This document shows positions 38,976-54,469 of a DNA stretch of 64,000 nt, one piece after another. A program made the position numbers and the translations under genes. This DNA comes from the human T2T-CHM13v2.0 reference genome, Homo sapiens. Every line of letters begins with the position of its first letter. Positions within the stretch are counted from its first letter, which is position 1. Below the pieces are notes generated by a model. It saw only the letters and a list, made by a program, of their open reading frames with translations. It made no database searches and had not been told where the DNA came from. The DNA is taken from assembly GCA_009914755.4 (NCBI GenBank), contig CP086569.2:22976001-23040000 (forward strand). Direction: 5' to 3'.

Positions 38976-39799
38976 TGGGATAATGTTATAAAGCAAAAAA
39001 CACTAAAGAGCACAGAATGGAATGCTCTTGACTACAATGTAAAGGAATTCAATAATTAATATCATTACACAGAAGTTTAAAGCTTAAGTAAACACACAAT
39101 CTCTAGATTTAAGACTCAACAGGACAAGAGACCATTGGTTCAATCAAAACAAGTCCTCAAACACACTGGGGAAATGAGTAATTAGCTATTCATGTTACAT
39201 AAATCACTCTGGTGACAGGAAAGAAATGTCCTTAGGAGAAAAAGCAAGCATGGAGCCAAGAATGCCAGTTACTTCTTCTGTTATCTGACTTCAATGTTCT
39301 CATATTATTTTCTATTTTCAACTACTTAACCTTTCCGTAAATGTAAAGGTCTTATTTAAATACACTTTCGCAAGAATATATTTTCATAAAATATATTCTT
39401 CAAGAAGGAAAGAGTCTTTCCTTCTTGTGCATCTGTCTAGATGTCTATCCAGTTTGTCTACGCTCTAAAAGTATTTCCATGAATTGGATGTACTTCAATT
39501 AATAGCATTTAATAAATATTGACTTATTACTTTCATTTACATGAGGGTTCCTTATAAGTTTTAAAGCTCTTCAAAACCTTTTAAAATCTATGTGCACTCA
39601 TATCGAAATACAAACATAGAAAAAGGTTACCAAATATTAATTTATATAATGTTAATTCCAATACCCTTCCAACTACACTTGCACGTATATGGCACAAAAA
39701 AGAGGATGGCTTCATATGTCATTCTACTATCTTCAAAAGTTTAGCAATATTAAAAAGACCTAGAAATATTGTTAATTGAAGAACAGAGTTAGAATATTA

Positions 39800-39979
<180 letters not shown>

Positions 39980-40332
39980 CTAAAGGTTACATCAAGCTAA
40001 AAAATAATTGCATTTCACATCACTATTATGGTTCTCGATACTCAATCACCCCTACAGTCAGTCTAGTTTATTCCAGTTTGTTTCGGAACTCCACAGCACA
40101 TTTACTTTCCCTCATTTTCCTTTCTAAGTAGTAGGTTATCCTTTCCATAGAACCTTAACCTACTACTATGAGAATTTTCCAAATATCAAACAGATACTAC
40201 AAAATAAGAGTTTAAAATGCATAAGGCATTTTAATGTAGGTATACAATGAACTTTGAAAAAATATATTTTTTCAAAACATATATATATAACATACATATT
40301 TTAAACATACCTATTGAAATATACATGTGAAA

Positions 40333-40334
<2 letters not shown>

Positions 40335-40374
<40 letters not shown>
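40335..40374 (-). repeat. (CA)20 on the plus strand, i.e. (GU)20 in the RBMY1 pre-mRNA. It begins 15 nt downstream of the exon-2 5' splice site
   Basis: The sequence reads 'AAG|gtaactcttaaaaccg(tg)20'. Confidence 0.9.
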
Positions 40375-40376
<2 letters not shown>

Positions 40377-40381
40377 TTTTA

Positions 40382-40519
<138 letters not shown>

Positions 40520-40854
40520 TTATCTATATTTAGATATAAATAAGCTAAAAAGATAAAATTTTATTACATACTGTGCTGAAAACCCAAGTAAAATTCCCTT
40601 CCTGAGGCTGACATCTTTTTAGTATTTCTTACTTTATATATGTAAAATTTGTAACACTCAGAGCAAAGGGGCACTAACTTCATGGACAAATGCTGCATTT
40701 TAGTATGTACCTGACAAAAATCTCATTTCTAAAAATTAGATAAGAAAAGCTATTGTAATTTTCCTCAGTTGCAATATGAAGAATGTCCCCATTTAAATAA
40801 TTTTATTTGAAAAGAATCTATTTATGAGGTACGGTGTGATGTTTTGCATATTTT

Positions 40855-41130
40855 CTTTCTTGAGATGTCTGTCTCCTGTCGCCAAAGTGAACTGCTCACT
40901 GCAGGCTCTTCCACCCAGCCTCAACTGATCTTCCTACATCTCAGCTTCCCAAGTAGCTAGTACTACAGGCGCTTTCTACCACAGCTGGGCAATTTTTTGT
41001 ATTTTTAAAAATAGACAAGGGTTTCCCCATAGTGCCCAAGCTAGTCTCCAAATCTTCGGCTCAAGTGTTCTGCCGGCTTGGGACTACCAAAGTGATGGGA
41101 TTTCAAGGGTGACTCACCACACTCAGCATG
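40855..41130 (-). mobile_element. Old Alu (AluJ-like, minus), in RBMY1 intron 1
   Basis: 'cctgtcgccaaagtgaactgctcactgcaggctcttccacccagcctcaactgatcttcctacatctcagcttcccaagtagctagtactacaggcgc...caagggtttccccatagtgcccaagctagtctccaaatcttcgg'. Confidence 0.7.
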
Positions 41131-42363
41131 ATATTTGGATAAGAGATTAAATCAAGCTACTTAAAATGTTCTAGGAGGAGAATATTTTAAATATTTTACC
41201 ATCTTTTAGTGATTTGAAATATACAATAGGTCAAAGATCCCCAAACCCTAGCCTTCAACCCGTACCTATCTGTGGCCTGAATGTGATGCCGGAGGATGAC
41301 CTGCAATACCTGTCTGTGGAGAATGTAACGCCTGAGGATGACCTGAGGTGGTACAGTTTTATCCGGAAACCATCCTCCCTACTCCCTCGCTGGCCCTCCC
41401 TGTCCCCGTGACAGCCTCACTGCCCCACCTGGCCTCTGTCACATTGCTCCTACCGGAAGACCCGCCCCACCACGTGCCCCTCGGAGGCCTGCCGCCAGCC
41501 CCCACTCCCAAACCTGTCCACCTCGCCGCCTTCTTCCCCTGCGCAACCTTTGTCTGAGGAAAAACTGACTTCCACTAAACCAGTCCCTGATGCGAAAATA
41601 GCAATGAAAGAGTCCAGTACGTTACCCAGGCTGGTCTCAAACTCCTGACTTCAAGCCATCCTCCGACCTCCACTTCCCAAAATGCTAGGACTACAGGAGT
41701 AAGGCAGTGTGCCAGGTTAACAGAATAACTTAAGCGCATCTATTTTGTTCCAGTTTTCGGCTATCTAACTCCATTTGTCTCGATTACACCCACTTATTCG
41801 GTTTAAACTATTTACGGTGCCAAAGACACATGAAACGTTTCAAATACTGTCATACAACGAAGGAGACAATCACAGGCTTTACAGAGGCAAACTGAAACTC
41901 AGATTATTTGTGGCCCCATATTTCTACATACACTAAAGTAACACAATTTATGTCAAAATTTGATAATTCTTCCAAGCAAATCAGACACGCGACACGTGCT
42001 AACTAAAAGTGTGACTTTTTAATCGCAGTGGTTAAGTGTATTGCCTGTATTCTGAATTATCACCACATTCACAGAGAAAACCCGCTTTAATAAAAAGTGC
42101 ACATGAAAACCAATGGCGGCTTAGCACCATCTCCCACAACTAGTCGGACACATTAGGCAGTTAAAGGTAGAATCCTCAGGAAAAATCAATGAGTTTAACG
42201 AAAGTGAGTCTCTTAATAGCACTGAGGAGTTCTTTCCCCACTGACTCCTCCCGTAATTCAACACCCACACATAGAAAACCCATCCCCTTTTATAGACAAA
42301 ATCCCAAACCTTCGCTTTCTATTCTTGCCGAGAGACCCAGCTGTCCAGAGAAACAGAAAATAC

Positions 42364-42480
42364 CTGCGCTTTTTAGTAGGACAAAGAGCCTGAGGTTCGC
42401 CTGGCCCTCAGGCCGTACGTAACCGGCTTCGGAACACCACAGGGCCAACTGCGGGAGGGACAGCTGGAGCTACCCTGAGA
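42364..42480 (-). other. RBMY1: Putative RBMY1 exon 1, a non-coding 5'UTR exon inside the CpG island. The 5' end (TSS) is not determinable from sequence
   Basis: The ATG exon is preceded by a canonical acceptor, so an upstream exon is required. A candidate donor 'AAAGCGCAG|gtattttctg' at 42364 lies at the downstream edge of the CpG-rich block. The arrangement is analogous to RBMX, whose exon 1 is non-coding. Confidence 0.4.
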
Positions 42481-42720
42481 GGGAAGGACGCCGGAAGCCG
42501 TGCCCGGAAATCCCGCCTACCTCCAGCGGCCAATCATTGCGAAGGCGGTGGGCGTCAGCCAGTTACTGCAAAGGCTGTGGGCGTGTCCTGAGGCCGCTCC
42601 GCCCCAGCAGGCCTGCGGCTCCATCATCTCGCGGTAACTCTTCCGAGACCACGCTTGTGCCGCGTGGCGGGCCGCGGTGGATTAAGGCACACGCGAACTG
42701 TGAGCCCTTTGCAATTGTGG
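42385..42720 (-). promoter_or_regulatory. CpG island and probable RBMY1 promoter. It has a CCAAT box (42530-42534, read as ATTGG in gene orientation) and a GC box 'ccgcccc' at ~42600-42606
   Basis: High CpG density ('cgcctggccctcaggccgtacgtaaccggcttcgg...gccggaagccgtgcccggaaatcccgcc...ggccaatcattgcgaaggcggtgggcg...ccgctccgcccc...cgcgtggcgggccgcggtgg'). It lies immediately upstream, in gene orientation, of the putative exon 1. It could be bidirectional. Confidence 0.55.
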
Positions 42721-45700
42721 GCATGGAAGACCTACACCCTAACTGGCATCCTGAGTGTGGCAAGACATTAACTAACCCACAGGGAACACATGAAACATCT
42801 CACTTCATTAGGCAGGCTAGGCTGATGGTACCGAATATTGCAGATCCAGAGGGGAGAGAGAGGGACCAGCGCTGCTGCAGGGGCGAGGGCAGCAGCGGTG
42901 GCTTGGGGGGATTGGGGCAGGGCGGGTGCGTGGGACTAAAGTCGACTGGTACGTTGCTGAGGTGGAATTCATCTGCACCAGAAGCTGAAACCCTGCAAGG
43001 ATTCTGTCAGGTCTAGGCAAATACATACTCCGAGTTCCATGGTTCCTCCCTGAGGATGCTGTACTCACAGGGGCATTCCAAAGGACTTCTCATCCTGTGC
43101 CCTGGGCACACGGGAGGCCTACCGCCATGGTCGCCAATGCAGTGATCCGTGTGCACTGCTTTGCTGGTGCAGAGGCTCTCACAAGTGCAGTGGTGGCCGT
43201 GTGCCTGCTAGCGGGGCTCTGGAAGCCAGGGCCTTGGCATCCGACTCCAGGGCTGCCGTGCGCAGCTAACCCTGCTGGGTAGCTGAGCCCCAGTGTGAGT
43301 GTGACAGGCTAAGGGCCCTGTGGGGCCCCCCAGGAACCCTGTTCCACATAGGTGTAGGATGTGGTTCTCAGCAGGGCAAGGCCCGCAGGCCTCTCCTGGA
43401 GTTGCCCCCAGAGTTGACGGGTGCCGGGGGGGTGGGGTGGGAGGCACAGGCTTTGCTCTGTTGGAGCCTCAAGGAGGGCACCATGTTAAGGCTGGAGGCT
43501 GTGCAGGAGAGGATGGTCTGTGCACAGAGCAGGAAGACAACCCTGCGGGGAGAGGCATGCTAGTGGGGGATGACATCATTGCAGAGATGGAGGTGGTGGC
43601 CAAGGAGGAAGGCCAATGTGGAGCCACAGCAGGAGGACCTGCAGGCACAGCCTGGCCCTGGCCCCAGTACGCCCCGGCCAGCAACAGACTCGCTGGACGT
43701 CCTTCACTTGGAGCTCGGCTACGTGAATGTCCCAGGCCACAGGGCATCCCCGGCTTCTGGGCCAGAGCCATATCCTTGCAGCTGCCAATTCGGGATGGTT
43801 GGCAGCAGGGGATGGGCGCGGAGCTCCCGGGAGCGGAGGTGGGGGGAAACAAGGTGGTAGGCACTGGCGGTCAGCCAGGATTCAGGGCATGGGGGACAAC
43901 AAGGGGAACTGAGAACAGGCTCATGCAGATAGGAGGGCAGCTTAATTGCATGTGCCCTGAGGGCATGTGGTAGGGACAGGAAGCCAAGCACAGCACTCAC
44001 CAGGGAGAATAGCAGCGCCAAGGACCCATCATAACAGCAGAAAGTTGAAGGATACGATTCACCGGGAAAGTCCCTGGAGGAAGGGGAGTCTGCATGCCCA
44101 TGCCAGCCACGGAACTTCCCTGCTCCCCTTGCCTGTGTCCAGCAAGCTTACCCCAGAAACACAAGGTGCTCAAGACTCGGTGTCACTGTGCACGGGGCTG
44201 CTGTCCTATGCAAGGCAGGCACTATCTCCCCAGACACAATTTCTTCCCTCTGCCAGCGCTGCACCCAAAGATGTTTAGGCCCTGAGTATATATAAGCTCC
44301 CTTGAAACCACTCGAGCTCCACGGGGAGAGCCAGGCACAGCCCCGTAGCTACTTCTACCCACAGCGGTTGCCTGGGGTGGACACGTGCACCCCTCAGGGA
44401 GACCAGGAGAAGGAGAGACCGCACACCCAGACAGCAGCAGAGCCTGTCCAGCACCCAGCACAGGAGGGCCTCCTGCAGCTCAGAAACGCCGAGCAAGTAG
44501 TCGCCTCACACAACAACACCCCGCCCCCAACCCCCTGCCCACTTCTTCAGTGCCAGTCCCTGGTCAGAGCAGGTTGTCTGGGCCTGCCTCCACCCACCAC
44601 CAAGACCACCACAGCTCTGATGGTGCCCTCCACGCCAGACAGAGACAGAGGACCTGGAAGGGAAGGTGCCCTGCCCCACACTCTCCGTGCTCTTGCAAAG
44701 TTGCAGGGTGTTTCCTTGCACGCCCACCCAATCATCCGGCGGCTCCTTGACCAGAGGCAGATTGTGCGGCACACCGAGATGTTGGCCGGGATCACAAATG
44801 ATGATGAAGTCCTGCTAAGCTACGTACGTGATGGATTTGCAGGTCAGGCTAAGGAGCCTGAGTCTTCGGGAGGGGTCTGGTGTCTGGGTCAGGTTGAGGT
44901 ACCCCTGGGACCCGGGGGTGTCTCAATGAGAGAGTTGGGAAGGAGAAACACATGCTTCACCCCAGCTAACAGGTCACCTCACCCCAGCTACATGAAATGC
45001 TCCTTTGAGTACGTCCTCTTTCTCCTTCTTGGCCAGGTAAGGGGAGGAAAGCAACTCTTCCGGGTACCGGCAGCAGGATGAAGTTTTCCTTTTATCACAG
45101 TCTCTACTTCCACAATGAAGTGATCATTCAGGAGTACTGCCTTGGCATCCTCGGTAAGGAGCGCCTCCCAGCATGGTAGGGGAGCTGGTGTGTGGGAGGG
45201 TAGGTCTGGCATGAACCTTCCTGACTCCTCTCTCTGCAGGATACGGGATGTCTCATTCCACTGCAGTCTAGTGGTTGTGGGATCATGAAGGTCAAGCCTC
45301 CAGCTGCAGGCCGTACAGCTCCTACCTGACCTTCTTCAGCTGGTTGGCTGACCATGACTGCCCAGGTTCTGGCAGGATTGCTGAGGTGAGCGCCAGGTAG
45401 GGCATCATGGGAAAGGATCTTGCTGGTCATTCCTTGGCCTCTGGGGAACTGGCTTTGAGCCATGACCTGAACTAACCTGTACCCACTTCTGCAGGCCCCC
45501 AGATCATCAGCCAGAACCTGTAGCTCAATCCCCTGCAGTACTTCTCCAGGGAGGGAGGCCATTAGAGAGTGAACAGAGAGGAGGCCAGGTGAACAGTCTA
45601 GGGCTGGGGACTGAGAGACCTTTGATTCCTGGAGTTGTGCCCCACATGGAGAATCCAAGCCTCAGGGAGGTGACTGCAGTGAGCGATCCCACGCCATCCA

Positions 45701-46599
45701 TGGGCTGGCGGAGAAATGGCCATCAAAGAACTTTAACACCCACATTTTGGGATTGGGGCACCTTCAGCCGCCTAAGAGGAATAAGTGTCTAAGGTCAGTG
45801 GGTGAGAAGCAAGGCTCAAGTGGTAGCTGTCTCATCATCCCTCACCGGCTGAGGCCTGAGGCCGGCTACCACTTGGGGCTCAGTTTGGGCTCAACCAGGG
45901 CCCTCTCACCCTCCACGCAGATATCCTCCCAAGGCCCCTCTCTACGTCCTCCCTGATGGGCTGTCCCAGGCCCATCATTTTTTGTTACAATGATCCCAGG
46001 CTTCCCTGAGATGCTTTCTGCCCTCCGCCATCATCACTCACACTGCGCTGCCCCACCCTGCCCCACCAGACAAGAGAGGCCACTACTCAGGGAATCTGGA
46101 AAACCACACTGGGCTCACAGAGGAGGAAATGTGAAGAGATGGCAAAATGAATGAGCCCTTCATTGTGTGTCCAGGGAGGAAACCTGGCTGAGAATTAAGG
46201 CCCACCTGAGTAGTGGTGTGGACACCGAGTGTTACTTATCATGATGAAGATCTGCTTTGTCACATCCCCTAATATTAATGTGGAAGTTATTTTCTTGGAA
46301 TAGTGAAACAATGAGGACAAAGAAATAGTGTTTGTTCAGATTTGTATAGAAATACTGCAGACGCATCCATTTTCCATTACAATTCTTATGTGAGACTTGA
46401 AGTGTTTATTGAGTTTTAAGATACATTTTGATTGTTCTGCCCCTGGGAAATTTTATGATCATGTTTGTATGATCATAGATTCTATGTAGAGACATAGAAT
46501 CCGGAAAAGTTTTGAGTGACTTTCAGCTTCTTTTACAGTACTTACTTGTAAATTTTGAATTTTTTCCCTTATAGTTCTCTTCAGTTTATTATTTTAATT

Positions 46600-47140
46600 T
46601 TATATGTAAGGTGATAAATTTGTTTTGTTATTTGCCTTTTGTGGAAACTTCGTTTTAAAGTACTTTTTTTCTGTTAGATATGTGAGTTTATGAGTACAAA
46701 ATTTTTATTTTCATTTTTTAGTTTTTTTGGGGTGTCTGTGTGTGTTTTGAGGAGCATTGCTCTGCCACCCAGCCTGGAGTGAAGTGGTAGGATCTTGGCT
46801 CAACCTCAACCTCTGCCTCCTGGCTTCAAGCCATTACCCTGCCTCAGCCTTCTGAGGAGCTGGGATTACCGGTGCATGCCACCATGCCCAGCTAATTTTT
46901 GTATTTTTCATCAAGACTGGGTTTCACCATATTTGCCAGGCTGGTCTCCAACTCCTGACCTCAAGTGATTCACCCACTTCTGCCTGCCAAACTGCTGGGT
47001 TTACATCGTGAGCCACCATGCCCGGCCTCATTTATTTGTTTACGTATTTGAAGCCTTGTTCTATTCTCTTCATGTACACATATTTTAGAGTGATTGAAAG
47101 AATGTATTTTATTTATTTAGTCAATAGTAGAATTTTAAAA
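46600..47140. repeat. Copy A of a ~0.5-kb local direct duplication. Its partner is 50635-51150. Each copy has an Alu at the same internal site
   Basis: 'ggtgataaatttgttttgttatttgcc...ctgttagatatgtgagtt...tttggggtgtctgtgtgtg[Alu]...cattgttctattctcttcatgtacacatattttagag' is ~80% identical to 'ggtgttaaatttgttttcttatttgcc...ctgttagatatgggagtt...tttggggcgtatgtgtgtg[Alu]...cattgttctattttcttcatgtacacgtattttagaatag'. Confidence 0.7.
46735..47030 (-). mobile_element. Alu (minus), inside duplication copy A
   Basis: 'gaggagcattgctctgccacccagcctggagtgaagtggtaggatcttggctcaacctcaacctctgcctcc...gctgggtttacatcgtgagccaccatgcccggcc'. Confidence 0.8.
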
Positions 47141-47397
47141 GTAATGTTTTTATTCAGTAAATACAGTATTGTGAATAGGTTAAACCTTGTATAGTATTGT
47201 CATTCTCTCTTTCATAAATTCTTCAAGAACTCTAATACCATTTCCGGCCCCCGCCCCCTGAAGAGCACATGCAGATAACCCCAAAGATATGCTCCCACAC
47301 AGTTTATGCAGTTTATTCACTTTAAAGCAATGCACTAAAAATGTCTAGATGGGTCCAAAAAATTGTGGAAGTGAGTGGGTATGAAAATATAATTTGA

Positions 47398-47690
47398 AGG
47401 CCAGGTGGGGTGGCTCACGCCTGTAATCCCCACACTTTGGGAGGCCAAGCCTGGTGGATTACCAGATGTCAGAAGTTCAAGACCAACCTGGTCAACATGG
47501 TGAAACCCCATCTCTACTAAATATTCAAAAATTAGCTGGGTGTGGTGGCATGTTCCTGTAATCCTAGCTATTTGGGAGGCTGAGGCAGGAGAATCGGTTG
47601 AACCGGAGAGGCGGAGGTTGCAGTGAGCCAAGATCATGCCACTGCACTACAGCCTGGGTCACAAGAGCAAAGATTTGTCTCCACCACCCC
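47398..47690 (+). mobile_element. Alu (plus)
   Basis: 'ggccaggtggggtggctcacgcctgtaatccccacactttgggaggccaagcctggtggattaccag...ccactgcactacagcctgggtcacaagagcaaagatttgtctcc'. Confidence 0.85.
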
Positions 47691-50120
47691 ACACCCCCCA
47701 AAGAAAGCCTCAAATTTACATAAACATAATTATCTTAAAAGCCAGCATAATTTTAATTTCACTGTAGTCATCAGTTTCAGACATTGTTTATTTTGGAGAA
47801 GTGATTACAGAAATTAGAAAAATCGAGGCCTGATGAGAATATTTAAATTAACCACACTCCAGAAGCTCAAAGCTGAAAAACTAAGGTATTTCTGATATAA
47901 CAGCCCAAATTCTGCATTTCCTCTCTATTGGACAGTGTAATATTGCACATATGAAAAAAAATGCAGTGTTAAATAAAAAGTAGTGGAATTAAGAGGAGTC
48001 ATTGCTTAGTGAATTAAAACAACACACAAATTGAGAAGAAAAGACAGTGATAGAAAATATATTGTCTATTGATTTAATTCACAATAATTTTCACTTTTGT
48101 CTATTAGCATTAAATAGTACCATTAACATAATATCATTTTGATATTGTCTTCTAACATGTAAGTGGTTTTTATTTTGTATATTTGGAAACCTGATCAAAG
48201 ATTCTTTAGACATTTCATTTTTTCCCAAATTTCCTAGCTAATATCTAGCTAAATGCTAGTTGCCCGAATGCCTCTCACTAAGTCGTTTGTCTTTTCTCAT
48301 TAATTTTAATACGAACTTGGTGTGTATTTTGTTGGCATCTTTACTAAATCTACAGGTGTTGAAGTTGTGCAGATTTTAGTCATGGATCCTCTTGAGTTTT
48401 CTCAAGGCTAAAACACCCTTTCTATGCTTACCATTAAGAAATTCCCAACTTCAGGCCAGATCTTTGTTCTACCTTCACACTTGGCATATCCAACTGCATG
48501 CCTTACATCTCCACATACCAAACCAGACCTTCATTTCATCCCCAAAACATGTTTCCTCCTACAGTATTCCACTATTTCAGAAATTCACAGCACCAAATAC
48601 TCTGTATTTCAAGCTAGAAATGTAGAGGATGATCCTTGAGGCAGCCGCTTCTCAATGAGTCTCCATCATTCATATCCAACTCTTCACAGGTTGTATGTCC
48701 CCTCTGAGAATTACATAGTCTTAGTAAATAAAGACTGGCTCATAAGTTACCTTCAATCATCCACTGTTTTTTCTTCAATTCACGCCAGTTTCTCTAGAGA
48801 ACAGCTGGAGCTCTGCAATGTCAATGTTGGAGTAAGAATCATTCTCTGTCAGTATTACTATGTTATTTATCACAAGAGAAATGTTCCTTTAAAATGCCCA
48901 CACAAACCTATAGTAACACAGTTAAATGATGTCTTTGTTTTACGGAAAAGTACAAGCCAAATAAAATAAATTGTTATTATATGATCTTTATAACTACAAA
49001 CACAGGTACTAGATATTTTAGACCCCACTTCATACATCTGAAATTTGAGTCTCAAAATCATCATCTTTTCTTAAAGTCTAATTTCAAATTACAAAACTAC
49101 CTCTTTCCACAATATCATGCTATCTCCCTTTAAGATCCAGCTGGGGAATCATTAAGAATAAGAAATGTAATTTTCTTCAACATCTCCTAGCTGAGCCAAA
49201 ATCTAAATTTTCTGTGGAGATCTTGTTATGTGCAATTTCGCCAAAACTTTTACAGCTTTAACCACAGTTATGCTTCAGTGGCCTACCTGTTCATGCAATA
49301 CCTGCACACCTGCTTTAACATAGAAAAATTTGGAAGTTAATATGAGCATTAACTCTTATCATTATAGACAATGACATCTGAAGATGCTTTCCAATCTTCC
49401 TCGAATATATGAAATTCAAAATGTCAGTACAATATCCAAATTGTCAACGTAATCTTAGTAGCAGTGGATCATTTACAGAAGATAATTTTGCCTCAGTGGT
49501 CAAATATTTTTGTTAAATACTGCTATCTTATAGTCATGTATAGCATAACTGACACAGGTGTATAGCTAGAAATAGGATCCTAAAGAAAATGTTCAGAAAT
49601 AGGTTTCATATATTTTGCTGAATTTCAAACTAACAGGTTAATTAGTACTCTGAAGTGTTGGATAGTTGGAGTAGTATTTACCAAGAATGAAAAAGAAGAT
49701 AGGGGCATACAAATTGAGAATCCTGAAGTTAGGAAAAGATAAAGTATTTGTTCCTGACTCCTGGCTTGATGTTCTTCACGTGTGGCTTATTTTTGGGGTC
49801 TTTTTTTTGGTTCTGTTTTTGGTTTTGTTGTTTTTGTTGTTGTTGTTTTACTGTATCTTATTTGTCAGACCAGAGTTTCACAAGCATCCTCAAATAATTA
49901 CGTGGGTCATAAAATATATACCCAGATACTTCTAGCTATTTTCCTTCAAAATCCCGGTCCAATCATCTGAAATGAGACCTGTAGAACCAGTAATTCTCAC
50001 AAGTATGCTAAGTGGTTATTACTAAAACAACAGTTCTGAAATACTTAGAAAACCATCCAGGAGCTAGGTAATCAACATTTAATAATTGGTTCTTACTGTA
50101 AGAGTAAAGGATTTTATTGA

Positions 50121-50470
<350 letters not shown>

Positions 50471-50634
50471 AGTGCTTTCTAATTAGTATCTTTAAAGTAT
50501 GTTTTGCTAATATCTTACTTAGTAGTAATATCTTACTTACTAGTATATAAGTAATATAGTATAATAAGTAATATCTTACTTATTAGTATCTGAGAACAGA
50601 TACTAATTTTCTAATTAGTATCTTTAAAGTATGT

Positions 50635-51150
50635 TTACATGTGAGGTGTTAAATTTGTTTTCTTATTTGCCCCTTCCAGAACTTTCATTTTCAAGGATTT
50701 TTTTTTTCTGTTAGATATGGGAGTTAGCCTGTGAGCACTTTTTCTAATACAGATTTTTTTTATTCATTAGTTTTTGGGGCGTATGTGTGTGTTTGTTTGT
50801 TTCCAGATGGAGTCTCACTCCGTCATCCAGGCTGGAGTGAAGTGGCAAAATCTTGGCTCACTGAAACCTCTCCCTCCAGCTTCACACGATTCCCCTGCCT
50901 TAGCCTTCCGAGGAGCTGGGATTACAGGCATATGCCACTATGTCCTGCTAATGTTTGTATTTTTAGTCGAGACTAGTTTCACCATATTTGCCAGGCTGGA
51001 TTCGTACTCCTGTGATCCGCCTGCACCAGCCTCCCAAAATGCTGGGCTTCCAGGTGTGAGCCACCATGCCCAGGCTCATTTGTTTATGTATTTTAATCAT
51101 TGTTCTATTTTCTTCATGTACACGTATTTTAGAATAGAATGGTCCAAGTG
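50635..51150. repeat. Copy B of the local direct duplication. A third short fragment lies at ~51460-51500
   Basis: See the evidence for copy A. 'tacacatatttagaatagaatgctactgtggg' at ~51465 repeats the terminal motif. Confidence 0.7.
50805..51075 (-). mobile_element. Older Alu (minus), inside duplication copy B. It is the homologue of the Alu at 46735-47030
   Basis: 'ccagatggagtctcactccgtcatccaggctggagtgaagtggcaaaatcttggctcactgaaacctctccc...gctgggcttccaggtgtgagccaccatgcccagg'. Confidence 0.8.
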
Positions 51151-52509
51151 GGGCTTAGTCATCTTCGGGATTCTGCCCAAGCTCAGACTGTCAGCACTGA
51201 CCATGCCATACCCTACCTAGCTCCCAAGGTACCTCTAGGACCTAGGTTGATCTTCCTGAAGCAGCCACTACATTTTCGACCCCTAGTCTTTCCTCTATGC
51301 TCGGAGGAAAGTCTGGAACAGGAGAAATTTATACAACTATATGATTGTTGGCTACCTAATTGATTCCTTATGAAGGTTGGGTAATGAAGAAGACACTGGG
51401 ATGAAAGAGAAGCATGTTTGGAAAGAAAATAGTTTCCTCTCTTGAATAATAAAAAACGTACACATATTTAGAATAGAATGCTACTGTGGGTTTTGTAACA
51501 AAGAAACTAATAATACCAAGAGATGGTAACCATAATTTAAGAAACTTTTTCTAAAATATACATAACATAAAATATCTTTACCTTCAGATGATGTTTTTAC
51601 TGTTAGGATATTCATCAGAAAAGAAAACATTGAAAAGATAAATTAAAATATTATGCAGACACAAACAGCTCTATATTGGTATGGTATAGTTTATGAACTA
51701 AGCAGTTCATAAGTGTGAGTATAGAATGTATAGACTTTAATTTGTTAAAATTAATATAAAGCACTTAAAAAGTGGCTTATAATAAGCATTTTTTTAAGAA
51801 CTGTTCTTTACAATTCTGATATGCACAATTTATAGACAAACTCAGAAAAATAAGTTTGGGTTGCATTGTGTAGATATTTAAACCTATTTTCTTATGTTAC
51901 ATTTTTATTTTGCCGCAAAATTCATAGAATGTAATAGATGGGGGAGAATAACTTAATGGACACTATAGTCTGTCAGTTAATAAAATATTTTTTTCAGGAA
52001 TATAAATGGTATTTATTTTACTAGAGCTCTGTTAATTAAGGATGTTATTTATTATACACAAACTGAGGACAGAGAAACCGCCTATGTGTGTATATTGTTT
52101 CTGTTAATTTTGGAAGTTTGGGTCAAATCACTACATTTATCTCATAAGCAAATAAAATAAGCTGTTCAAATATTATATTACAACCAAAAAGGGAAGATAC
52201 AAGATTAAGATGACAAAACTTTACATTCCTAATTGACTTATTTTTCTTGCTTTCTTTTGATGTTATTTTACTTATTATTGCTTGTTTCTTATAGATTTCT
52301 TTAAAATTCAGTTATTGCTTTTCTCCTTTGTGCATTATTTTATGAAATAAGCAGACACCATGTAGAGTGAGCTTATTGCTAATATTTGAGAGGGGGATGA
52401 AATATGGATGACTATTTCATAATAAAAATACTTTTTTAAGGTTGATCAGACTACCACAACTCAAAAAAGTAAAAAATGAAAATTATATAGAACATATTTT
52501 GGCATTTTA

Positions 52510-54410
<1,901 letters not shown>

Positions 54411-54469
54411 ATGTATATATACATATATATATGAAAAAACTGAACACACATTTCTGGAAAGAAGACATA

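Noticed and set aside
43320-45081. Long ORFs on both strands in the GC-rich region upstream of RBMY1. On the plus strand: 217 aa at 43320-43973 and 259 aa at 44302-45081. On the minus strand: 131 aa at 43469-43864 and 176 aa at 45128-45658.
   Set aside because: The DNA is GC-rich (~60-65%), where stop codons are rare. The ORFs overlap each other on opposite strands and have Pro/Gly/Ala/Arg-rich low-complexity translations. None shows recognisable motifs or splice-consistent structure. They are most likely chance ORFs. Only the short exon-like segments at 45100-45540 were kept, as a finding.
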